Below are positions 11,885-23,800 of a DNA stretch of 64,000 nt, one piece after another; within the stretch, counting starts at the first letter, position 1, and each line of letters opens with the position of its first letter. A program made the translations under genes and the position numbers. Below the pieces are notes generated by a model, which worked only from the letters and a program-made list of their open reading frames with translations, was not told where the DNA came from and searched no databases. Location: positions 179,428,001-179,492,000 of the forward strand of contig JANJGN010000007.1 of the NCBI GenBank assembly GCA_026770705.1. Direction: 5' to 3'. Source of the DNA: Isurus oxyrinchus (lineage: Eukaryota).

Positions 11885-13060
11885 GGGGAGCAAATGGCTT
11901 GGGGCCTATTTACTTGGTTGCTGTGCCACTTCCTGTTGTGTTCAAGGGCTTGACAAGCTTGTCTATGGTGGGGCAGTCTTGAAAGACTGCATCGGGGCCA
12001 TTTTTGCTTCCAGCTTATTTTCTCTGCTGGTTATTGTCTTTGAGTTTATTTGGAGCCATGGAGCGATGGCATCGCCGTCGATTCTGCGCCACTGATGTGC
12101 TTGTTGCTCGGCTGCTCCCAGACAACCCAGGAGTTTCCACACTTTTCGGCTTGAGTGTTTGAAGTCTATCTTCTCCGCCATCGTATAAGGGGCCCTTCGT
12201 CAAGGGATGAGGAGTGCTGTAGCAACGTGGGTTTCTTCACTTTCCTTTTATTTTTCCAGGATGTGTTCATATTCTGTGGCCCAGCAGGCAATCAAAGTAT
12301 TTTTGAAGCTCTGGGAATGAATTTGATGGCTGCCTGTTTGAGAAATGTTTGTAGCTTTTGGGGAAGGCTGGGATCCAGTTCATGGTGGTTTGTAAGTATC
12401 CACTGTAGGCATCTCAGTTGCCCTCACACAGAATCCAGTTTGGTTTTGGCTTTGGGTTTATGGACAGTAATTAAAGGGTGGTGCGAGTGAGAGTTGGATG
12501 ACGTTGGGAGAGGGAGAAGATGGGATGAACTTAGTGGGTGCACATCAGTGGGCAGTGGTGAAGCAAAGATCAGGTGATTAGCCCTTCTTTCCATCTGGTG
12601 GAATGGAATGTGCCAAGCTGCTTTGCATTGTACATGAGCATTAGGCCCAGTCTGACAGCTGCTTTCCCGTGGTGGTGTTGAGCTACCTCCACATGTGGTA
12701 TTGGCTGTTGAAGTCACCAATGTAGATGATTGGCTGGCCTGCAGGCTGTACAGTGATGTTGGTCCACAGATCATTTGGTGGCTTATAGACATTTGTGATG
12801 GTCAGCTTATCTACTTTTATGGGGAGGGAGTTGGGGTTTATCTGGTTTTTGGTCTCCTTTGTCTTTGGTGACACTTTCCTTGATGTGAGCGGCCGAGTCC
12901 TCTGTCTCATTTTCCCTGAGTTGGCACCTGGGAATTTGGGCTCGATGGCTGGAGTTGTCCATGCAGTGGCTTCGTTATAGGCTGATTGCCCACATTCCTG
13001 TTGGTGTTTTTTTTCACAAGCAACTCACAGGGAGACAGCAGCCTTCACCTGACCCTCCTT
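11885..13060 (-). mobile_element. Vingi/Ingi-like LINE, 5' part (endonuclease)
   Basis: TITNVYKPP...IYIGDFNSQYHMW, HHPLI and IDFKHSSRKVWKLLG motifs. Confidence 0.65.
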
Positions 13061-14387
13061 TTAAAGTAAGTTTTCGAACTTCGAAGCCCTGTGAACTAAT
13101 GCTGTCAAAGAGGCGATTGAACCCCAGCCATTAGCAGTAAAAACCCACTGGAAAATTGGCTTTGGTGAATTAGATCTGTATCTACAGGGAGAGAGAGTAT
13201 ACAATATCAGGCAGACAGAAACTTTTTATTTTTCAACATTTCTTTTGACAAATCTTATTTGTGCTGGTGAATAGTAGTGTGATTCTCCTTTTAACTTTAC
13301 AGCTTTGTAATAGTGTTTGGAATCAATCATACGGCAGAATGTGACTTGGATAGAACAATGTGTGTAACACACTGAGCTGACTTAGATAAGCTTATCTCTT
13401 TTACTTAGCAAATTCTCTGGAGAAACCAGAACTGTTGCCTAAGACTTGGAGGGCTTTCAATTCCCAGTCATTGCATGGGCTTTTAACTAATTGGCCAATG
13501 CACCACCTCCTCTTCTGATCTTCCATCCCATTTGCGTCTTACCACTGTTGTTTTAACTGGTTCTACCAACTCAGTTTAGCACATTACCTCCGAGCTGATG
13601 TTAGGTTTGTCAAGATGTGTTTGTCATTTTCAGGTTTCTTGCTGATTTTTTTCTCTCTCTCTGTGTGATGAAGAGTGTGATTTTTGAGTAAACGCCACCA
13701 CCTGGGAACAAAGCTCATGGCATAGTTCCTTTGTGGCACTTTCATTCGCATCAGATTATTTGCTTGTTCCTTCAGGTAAAATGAAGAGGAGGTTGGGAAT
13801 GTGTGAAAACGGAAGAATCTTTCAAAATCAATTGTTGTCTGCTTCTGTGTTTGACTATGTTGCAGGAATGTGACTGTAATCCTCAGGGTCAATGTGAGGA
13901 GTGCAATTTTTACTTGGCCTCGAGTTTTATTGTAACTGGTTTGTCACTGTGCCAATCGCATTGTGTGCAGCTCCCTCTCGTGGTGCAAAGGATTATTGTT
14001 TGTGGATTTTATTTGTTAATCTACATTTGTATGGGAGTAATTATATTACTCCACGCTTGTTTCTGATGTATTATGTCTATACGTATAGAGCAGTTTCTAC
14101 ATTCAGATGCAATATTGTTAAAATCGTCTGAAAATCTCCATTTAAAAAAATGGTTTGAAATTGGAGTTGCCTTCAATACAGGACTGTCATCAGGATCGTG
14201 TTAAATGATGAGCTGTGAGACTTAAGGTTCTCTCTGCTTCAGGTATTATGGTATTATGTTACTCTGTGTTTCACCAAAAGTGAAAGTGGTTTGGGAAGAA
14301 AAAAACCCAACTGAATTTAGCACACGAGGAAACCAGAATTTTATTTAATGACCTCGAAGGAGCTTTTAGTTACTTTGATGGATGTAT

Positions 14388-14566
14388 CAGGTAGCACTCT
14401 CACTTTTGAGTCAGATGATTGTGGATTAATGTCCCACTCCAGAGAGTTGAGCACAAGTCTAGACTGAAACTCCCAGTGCAGTACTGAGGGTTACTGGAGG
14501 TGGTGTCCTTTGGATGAGATGTTAAACTGCAGCCCGATTTGCCCTCAGGTGAGTGTAAAAGATCCT
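14388..14566 (+). mobile_element. Deu-domain (SacSINE1-like) SINE, 5' fragment
   Basis: GTAGCACTCTC...GAGTCAGA head, then GGAGGTGGTGTCCTTTGGATGAGATGTTAAAC...GTAAAAGATCC. Confidence 0.65.
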
Positions 14567-14697
14567 TACTCTGTGCTGCCTAGCAAGCTTTGTCCTGAAA
14601 TTTCTGTGTCTTGATTGCTTTTAATGTGTGTTTTCTATATGAAATTAAAATAGCTGTCAACAAACTTTAATAATTTCCTCACTCCCTCCTTTTCCAG

Positions 14698-14864
14698 GAA
14701 TGATTTTGGTCCGGACAGAGAGTGGGCAGCTTGTCATGGTTCCTCAACAAGCATTGGCCCAGGCTCATGCACAGGTTCAAGCCCAGACCCAACGGCCAGG
14801 AAGCATCTCTCCCAAGCCTTCTGCTCCTACAAGTGGTGCGACATTCCGCCTAGCATCAGCCCAG
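14698..14864 (+). CDS. TAF4: TAF4-family exon (equivalent to exon 2): (G)[55 protein letters not shown]
   Basis: Polypyrimidine tract with ttttccAG acceptor and CAG|GTATGA donor. The peptide matches the TAF4 motif GMVLVRSENGQLLMIPQQALAQ. Phases 1 and 0. Confidence 0.93.
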
Positions 14865-17800
14865 GTATGAATTGACTGAATTCTCTTGCTTGGTCAGATG
14901 GTTAATCAGTTAGAGACAATGAGTGGTGCTTGCAGACACATACTGGGTACTCCTTTGCAGTGCGAAGACTCCTTGTTTCACACTTACTATTCTATCTGTG
15001 CCATTGTTTTTATACACTCTTAATTGCTCAGGAATCTCATGCAAAACCCTGTTTTGTTTAAGGTTTTCAAGATGCTGCCCTGATACAAAGCCAGGAAAGG
15101 TGGTGGCATGCTGGGATTGTTCAGTCCCTGGGGAGCACAGCAATGGGATGGTGGGCTTGCATTTGTAGTTGACTGCATTGCATTTCTGATCTTGTCATGT
15201 TGGTTCAGGGAGCTGGGGGTGCTGATCCTTCAAGTCATTTGCCAAAACCTCCCCTTCTCAAAAAGGGTGTCAAAATGGAAATCATTCGCCTCTGACTGGT
15301 AACTGGTTTAAGTGGGGCATGGGCAGAGGCTTATAATTGGGCTTATTAACAGTAGTGTGAAGTATCTGGGGCAGAAACATATCAACAATACAGAGGAAGG
15401 AAAAGATCAGCTTTTTATACTTGGGCAGTGTTAGAGCAATGGGTCCCTGACATCACTGTGAAATCTAGCTCCCTTAACCTGAGAGCAGATTCATAGACTC
15501 AGTTGAAAGTATCTGCCCACCCTCTGCTTCCTCTAACCCTTTTCCCCCACCATTCAGCTCTTTCCCCACTCCGCCCCCAGGCTTTTCTACTTCTGGTTCC
15601 TTCTCATTGGAGTTATTGGAAGGAATCATACTCTGGTTGTGCATCACCTCCCTCATGACTGGCAAAGAAATTTATCATTAGAAACTTCTTCCTTGTTCTG
15701 TTTTCTGGCTGAGTGGCTACCTCGGTGAAGTTTGTAAGGGTGAAAGGGGAGCTTCAGGTTCAAAACTTTCTAAACCCACCTCCCCCTTCGAAGGTGATGG
15801 TGTTTGGGCACTTCAACCATGTTGGTCTATTTATATAGGTTATCAACCTTTGGAATGCAGGAGTCAGCCATGACTCAAGGGTGGAACTCTCACCTTTTGG
15901 CTAGAAGTTAATGGATTCAGACTCCACTCCAGGGATTTCAGCGGAAAATGTCGGCTGACACTCCCTGTGTGATGCAGTCAAAGGTGCTGTCTAATGATGA
16001 AATGTTTAAACGGAGCCTCATCTGACCCCTCAGTTGGATGTAAAAGATCCCATAACACTATTTCAAAGATGAGTAGGGGAGTTCTCCTAGTGACCTGGCC
16101 AACATTTGTCCCTCAACCCATGTGACTGGAAGAGAATATCTGGTTACTATCACTTGTGTTTGTGGGAGATTGTTGTGAATAAATTGGCTCTCGCGTTTCC
16201 TACATGATAACAGTGACTATATATCAAAAGTATTTCAATGGCTGTATAGCACTTTGGGGCCTTCTGAGGCCATGAAGGGCACTATATAAATGCAAGTCTT
16301 TTTTCTAAGATAAATGTTGAATCCTTGAGTGTGGAGTTGGGGAGGTGGGTCTATGAAAAGTAAGTTGTTTATTCTCACCCTCTGCGTTCTCCATTCCTAC
16401 CCCTGCCCCACATAAGGAGAAAAAATAATCAAAATTGGAATCAACGCCAGCCTGTTACTAAATTCAAGTGGGACATGGGTCGAGGTTTGGAAGCAGAGGA
16501 GGGAATGATATACTACATGAAGGAGTGGAGGGACTTGGACGAATATCTAAAAGGGGAGGGAAGAAAGGAAAACCCTAAAGAGTAACTACAAAGAAAGTTG
16601 GATGGAATGGACAACCCCTGTTCAACACAGAATCGATTGTTTTCTGGTTAGTTTTGAAGGGTTCTGTGAAGAACTTTCATTATGGCTCTGAGCATCTCTC
16701 TCTCACTCTTAAGTAGTGGGAAAGCTGATTTTCAGAAATTACGGATAAGATATCTCAAAAACAATTCAGTTCTTTATTTTCAACAGATGCATCCATTGGG
16801 CCAGTCAGAAATATCATCCATCAGGTAGGAAAACTTACAATTTGCCCACAAGCAAAATACACATTTCACCAACATAAACCCCTCTCCCACTTGGCCACCC
16901 TCTCCCTCCAGCTTTTTGGATTGTTTAACAAGGGATAGAACTAAAGTCATTGGGATAAAAATGTCCCAGGTTTGGTTGAGGTTCATGTTAATTAGTTCAA
17001 CTCGGCTGAATACAGATGTACCAGGTGGAGAAGCCATCATAAGCTTTTCAGATGTAGGTGCACATATGAATACTCATTCTGTGATGTAAATCTAACAGGC
17101 ACTTGTGTCAGTGCAATCGGCCTGAAAGGAAAAAAATAAATTGGTCTCACTCTGGATGCTTTTCCCCTGGGAATTGCACGATTTGGGAAGACAAGGCTCA
17201 GCTGTGATACTCTTTGTGGTGGAACAAACCACTTACCACTTATAATCGGGGTCTCAGTTGCAGCATGTTCATTTGGATGGTGCAGCAGAGGGCATCTGAT
17301 GCCAGTGGCTTTTGGTAATAAGTGTGCTTGGGAAAGGATTATGACAGCACGGAAATCTGACCAAGAGAGTCTGATAAAGATTTTCGGTGGGCGGAGAAGG
17401 CTGGATTTGGTCGGGGAGCGTCATAGGGCCTTCACTCTCAGTGGTAACTGGGGTGTGGGGAGAGGGAGTGATTACATGGAAGGTGTTTAGAATCTGAATT
17501 GCAGGAAACAGGGCAGTTGTTTCAGATTTTACCTGTCCCTGGGAAAATTTAATCAAATGTGAGGCATGAACTTTGTGTCACAGTGTACCCATTGGCTGCT
17601 TGTTTTTGTTTTATTTCTTTTGATGTTTTGTTTTAACTAAAACAAAAGTGAAATTTGGTTAATAAAGTCATATTTTCTTGGGAATAAAATTCTTCTGAAA
17701 AGTGCTGGACCTATATATTTATGCATTTCTCATTTCACCTATTATTGTCTGTAAATTTTAATAAATCATGTTTATACCTTCATTTTTGTTCTAGTAATGT

Positions 17801-20800
17801 TTTATTCTTTCTCATGTATTTGAGAGGACACAAACTCTCCAGACCGCCTAAGATATCAGCTCCCTTTTCAGCTGTAAGGGCTCACCAAGCCAAATCTCAT
17901 CACTCAGAATATTAGCTTCCTTGACAGCTCAGTGTGTGCTGTCTTGCTTGATGTGGTGCTGAGTCATAGAAACCATCAAGGGCCCAGATTTGACCCTTGG
18001 TCTGTAGTGAGCTCAGCTGGCTGGGGCAATAGTAAGTGTGCTTCATTAGGTCTTAGGTTATGGAGGGCAAAAAAGCAGACAGCGCTTCACCCCCTCGCCA
18101 TATTGATGCGCAGCAAACCCTGTTGGAAAGTAATAGCAGAACGTAGGACACTAACATTTGTTGCATCAAATCTGTGCTTGTAACTTCCTCCACATGAACC
18201 CCACCCCTTAATCTCAGTCATCTCATTCTCAAGCGGTGACCTGCAACAACAGCTTATTTGTATCCAGTACCTTTAATGTCATAAAATGTGCTAAAATATT
18301 GCACTGGAGCGATTGTCAAACAAAATTTGGCACAGAGCCTCAAAAGGGGTGATAGTAGGACAGGTGACTAAAAGCTTTGTCAAAGAGCTAAGTTTTAAGG
18401 AACATCTGAAAGGAGGAGAGAGATGTGGAGAGGGTGGTAATTCCCTATTCAAAGCAGTTTTAGCACTGCTTTAACTGCATGCATGTGTAGAAAATTACGT
18501 TTTCTAACCATCTACTGTGTAAGAATGTTTTAGCAAACCACCTCTTGGAAATTTGTTTGTGATGATCTGAAACATGTGCTCCCTTGTCACCTATCACTGA
18601 ATCCCCTTTTAATCCTCCACAATTATAAAGACCTCTTCCAGGTCACCTCTTAAATCTTCCCAGCTTTACTGAAAAAAAAAGAATTTCATAATTTTTGCTC
18701 CTAACTGACCCCTTATTCCCAATAATGCTCTTGTGAATTGTTATTAGATCTTGTTCCATTGTTTTTACACCCTTTCTGTAATGGATACCGGAAACAAAAA
18801 TCAGACTGCTGGTCCAATAAATTACTGTACAGGTTTGCTTCTATGCTTTACATTCTATGCCTCCAGTACAAAACTAAGGATTCTGTTCGCCTTTTATGGT
18901 TGCATTTATTTCACATAAAGTTATATAGAATATAGAGAATAAAAGATAGGCCATTTGGCCATGTACTTAACCAGCTTCTGATTAAATGTATCTATATGAT
19001 TTGCCTCAGTAACTCCCTGTGGTAACAAATTCCACTTTCTTGCATTGTTTGGTTAAAGACATTTTTCTGAATATGTTACTTGATTGATAACTATCTTATG
19101 TTGTTGGCCCTAGTTTTGCTGTTCCCCACAATTAGAAGTACCCTGTGTCTACTGCATTAAAATCCTTGATCATTTTAAAGACCTTTGTTAGCTGAGCCCA
19201 TAGCATTCCCTTTTCAAGAGAAGAGGTGTAGCCTGTTCATCATCTTTTGATAGGTATAACCCTGCATTTCCGGAAACATCCTTGTAAATCGTTCTTTGTA
19301 CCTTCTTCAGTGCCAATCTATCCTTTTTATAATATGGCGACCAAAACTGTACACAGTAATCCAAGTGTGGTATAACCAAGGTACACTTCAAGTTGAACAT
19401 GACTTTTCTACTTTTTGATTCTATCCCTCTGGAAATGAACCCCAATAATTGATTTACTTTTTTATGACTTTATTGATTTGTGTTATAATCTGGAGTGATT
19501 TGTATATTGTAATCCCAGATCCTTTTGCTTCCCTTGCTGTTTCAGATACTTATTTTCCAAGCAATATGTGACCACCTTATTTTTCTAATCAAAATGTAAT
19601 ACCTCATACCTAACTGTTGCAATTCATTTTCCAATTATATGGCCAGGCTGCAAATTTATTAATGCTATACTGTAATTTGTTACAGTCCTCCTCAGTATTG
19701 CCTGTCCTTCCACAATTTAATGACATCTGCAAATTTAGAAATTGTATTTTTGATTCCAAAGTCAAGATTGTTAATATAAATTGTGACCAACAGTAGTCCC
19801 AAAACCAATCCCTGTGGGACTCCACTTTTCACCTCCTCCCATCCTGAATATCCAAGCTTTATCCTTGCTCTCTGTCTGTCTACTTGTCTGACTCCAGACG
19901 CTACATCCTCTGACCTTCAACTCATTAGTCTATTGTGTGGCATTGCATTGATGGTGCTTGGTAAACCTGGATAAATTCTGCTGCATTACCCTTCTCTGCT
20001 ATCTATTTTATCTTCAAGAATTACATGAGGCTGGTCAAATAAGCCTTCCCCTTTTGAAATGCATGTTGATTATTCATGACTATATTTTTGGTCTTCATAT
20101 GTTTTTCTATTTTCCCCTTTAGTAGGAATTCTATTATTTTCCTTACCAACGATATTAAGCTCTGGGCTTCAGTTCCCTGGACTTGTACTATCTTGTTAAG
20201 CGTCTTCCTTATTTACAGTGTTGATTTGCAACACAAGTAGATTGGACTAAATTTATAATTTGTACCCTTGGAGAACCAGACACACCCAGCAGTTTGTCTG
20301 GAACATGTGATTTGATCCAATGTCGGGGCAGGCAGAATTTAGATTGCTATTATGATTTTGTATTATTTATTTTTGCAAAACTGTACTTTATTCATAAAAT
20401 ATCTGAAAGAACATTACAAAACATTTCAAAATGGCCATCACAGAGAGTGCTATCAGATTCATCTTTTCCACATAGGTCATGTTGCACCCTGAATTGCTTC
20501 AATGCAGTCAAGGAACATTACAGACATTTCGAAATGGTCATAACAGTCAGTGTAATGGTATTTACATTGTTTACATAGATCATGTTACACTTTGAGGCGC
20601 CCCAATACAACTATGATGCAAGCATTCATTGTGAGTCATACAGCCCGAGGGATTCTATACAGTTCACAGCCCCTCGGTGCATTATGACTGAAAGGCCTTA
20701 GACAGCGACTTTTCCCCATTGCGTCTTTGCCCCAAGCTTTAGTTAGTCCTTTAGCCCGTAGTCCTTGGAATGTACCAGTCTGCACAGTCTGGAAGACCAA

Positions 20801-23800
20801 CAAGTTTTGGGCAGACCAAAGAGCGTTTTTTACCGAGTTGATAATCTTCCAGCTGCAGTTGATATTTATTGCGCTGTGTCCCCCTGGGAACAGCCTGTAG
20901 AGCACAGAGTCCTGTGTCACAGAGCTGCTTGGGATGAACCTCAACAAAAGCTATCGCATCTTTCTCTCCAGACCTTCTTTGCAAAGGCACATTCCATAAG
21001 GAGGTGAACAACGGTCTCTTCCCCACCAACAGCCACCTCGAGGGCAACGTGCGGAGGAGGTGAGAAGGATCTGGAGTGTAGGAAGGATCTGACGGGGAGA
21101 GAGGCTATGCCTTGGTGCTTGTTGGAGAGTTCTGGCGATGAGGCATTTTGCCACATGTCTTTGACAGTCTGTTCGGGGAACCATCCAATAGAATCCACCC
21201 TCTCCTTTTCCCTCAGGGCCTCTAGGACATTATGTGCCGATCACTGCCTGATGGACTTGTGGTTGAAGGTGTTTCTCTATATAAATTTTTCCATGAGGGA
21301 CAGGTGGTGCGGCACGGCCCAACTACTTGGAATGTTCCACGGCGACATAGCCAGACCCATTCTTCGCAGCACCGGGGACAGGTAGAGCCTCAGCTCGCAA
21401 TACCAAGGGTCGACGCATAGCTTAATGCAGCCACACACATAGGTGGCCATCAGGATGAGGGTGATGTTGGGCACACTTTTTTCTCCCTTTATCCAGAGGT
21501 TTGTACATTGTGTCCCTGCAAACATGGTCCACTTACGACCTTCAGATAAAGTGGCATATGGTTCGAGTGATTGTCACAGCGTAGGAGTGAGGAATGAGCC
21601 AGACCTGCCCCACATATAGCAACACCGAGAGGGCCTCACACCTGATGACCAGGTTCTTACTTGCAATGGAGAGGAACTGTCGCTTCCACATGCCTCGTTT
21701 TTTTCTTCACCATGACTACTCGCTCCTTCCAGTTTCTAACGCATGCCCTGGCCTTTCCGAACCATATCCCCGGCACCTTCAGGCAGTCTGACCTGACAGC
21801 GAAGGGGACAAAGGATCGGTCCGTCTAGTTCCCAAAGAACATGGCCTCAATTCTTGCCGCGATTTACCTTGGTATCCGAGGCCATGTTGAACTGATTGCA
21901 GATGTTAATCAGTCTGCATACTAACAGTGGATCTGAGCAGGAGACGGTGACATTGTCCATGTAGAGGGAAGCTTTGACCTGAGTGCTTCCATTGTTTGGG
22001 ATCGTCACTCTTCTTATGCCTGGATCCTTCCTGATGGACTCAGCAAAGGATTCTATGCAACACATGAACAGGAAAGGGGAGAGATGGCAGCATTGCCTGA
22101 CTCCAGATTTAATTGGAAAATTCCCACCCACTGATTGAAACTGCACTACAGATGTTTGTGTAGAGCAGTTGGATCCATTTGTGGGTTTCCCTCCCCAAAT
22201 CCCATTTTGGAGAGCACATCCACCATGTAGGTGTGTGATACTCTGTCAAAGGCGTCTTCCTAGTCCAGGCTGATGAGGCAAGTGTCCACACCCCTGTCCT
22301 GTACATAGGCAATCGTATCCCTGAGTAGCGTGAGGCTGTCAGAGATCTCCCTGCTGGGTATCGCGCAGGTGTGGTCAGGGTGGATCACCAACTTCAGAGC
22401 AGACTTGACCTGATTGGCGATGACTGTGGACAGAATCTTATAGTCCGCATTCAGCAGTGAAACAGGTCGCCAATTTCTAATTTCCTCCCTTTCCCCCTTC
22501 TGCTTGTAGATGAGGGTAATGATGCCTTTCCTCTCGGATTCTGATGTGCTACCGGCCAGAAGCATACTCTTGTACACTTCCACCAGGTCTGGGCCGAACC
22601 AGTCCCACAGAGCCGAATACAACTCAGCCGGCAAGGTGTCGCTTCCGGGAGTTTTACTCTTATTGAAGGACTCAAGGGCCTTAATTAGTTCATCCAGAGC
22701 TGATGGTTTGACCAGACTCTCCGATGTACAACACAAAAACAGAATTACCTGGAAAAACTCAGCAGGTCTGGCAGCATCGGTGGAGAAGAAAAGAGTTGAC
22801 GTTTCGAGTCCTCATGACCCTTCGACAGAATTAAGTAGAAATAGGAAAGGAGTGAAATATAAGCTGGTTTAAGGTGTGTGGGTGTGTGGGGGGTGGTGGG
22901 TTGGGTGGGGGAAGAGAAGTGGAGGGGGGTGTGTGGTTGTAGGGACAAACAAGCAGTGATAGAAGCAGATTATCAAAAGATGTCACAGACAAAAGAATAC
23001 AGAGGTGTTGAAGTTGGTGATATATATCTAAACGAATGTGTTAATTAAGAATGGATGGTAGGGCACTCAAGGTATAGCTCTAGTGGGGGTGGGGGGAGCC
23101 TAAAAGATTTAAAAATATTTAAAAATAATGGAAATAGGTGGGAAAAAGAAAAATCTATATAATTTATTGGAAAAAAAACAAAAGGAAGGGGGAAGAAACA
23201 GAAAGGGGGTGGGGATGGAGGAGGGAGGTCAAGACCTAAAGTTGTTGAATTCAATATTCAGTCCAGAAGGCTGTAAAGTCCCTTGTCAGAAGATGAGGTG
23301 TTGTTCCTCCAGTTTGCGTTGGGCTTCACTGGAACAATGCAGCCAGCCAAGGACAGACATGTGGGCAAGAGAGCAGGGTGGAGTGTTGAAATGGCAAGCG
23401 ACAGGGAGGTTTGGGTCATTCTTGTGGACAGACCGCAGGTGTTCTGTAAAGCGGTCGCCCAGTTTATGTTTGGGGTCTCCAATGTAGAGGAGACCGCATT
23501 GGGAGCAACGAATGCAGTAGACTAAGTTGGGGGAAATGCAAGTGAAACGTTGCTTCACTTGAAAGGAGTGTTTGGGCCCTTGGATGGTGAGGAGAGAGGA
23601 AGTGAAGGGGCAGGTGTTACATCTTTTGCGTGGGTATGTACTGTTGTCTAAGACCTCTGTGGTAGAGGACAGGAAGGCCTGGGAGGCTGTACTGTTTGTG
23701 GGCTTCATGTCATACAATCCAGTATAAAAGGATTTGGGATAAGATTGTGTCCATTAATGTGCATAGTGTTAAATTTGTGACGCGATGCGTTGCGAACTTG

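Noticed and set aside
13664-13760. Possible box C/D snoRNA (GTGATGA)
   Set aside because: No box D (CTGA) or terminal stem at a suitable distance.
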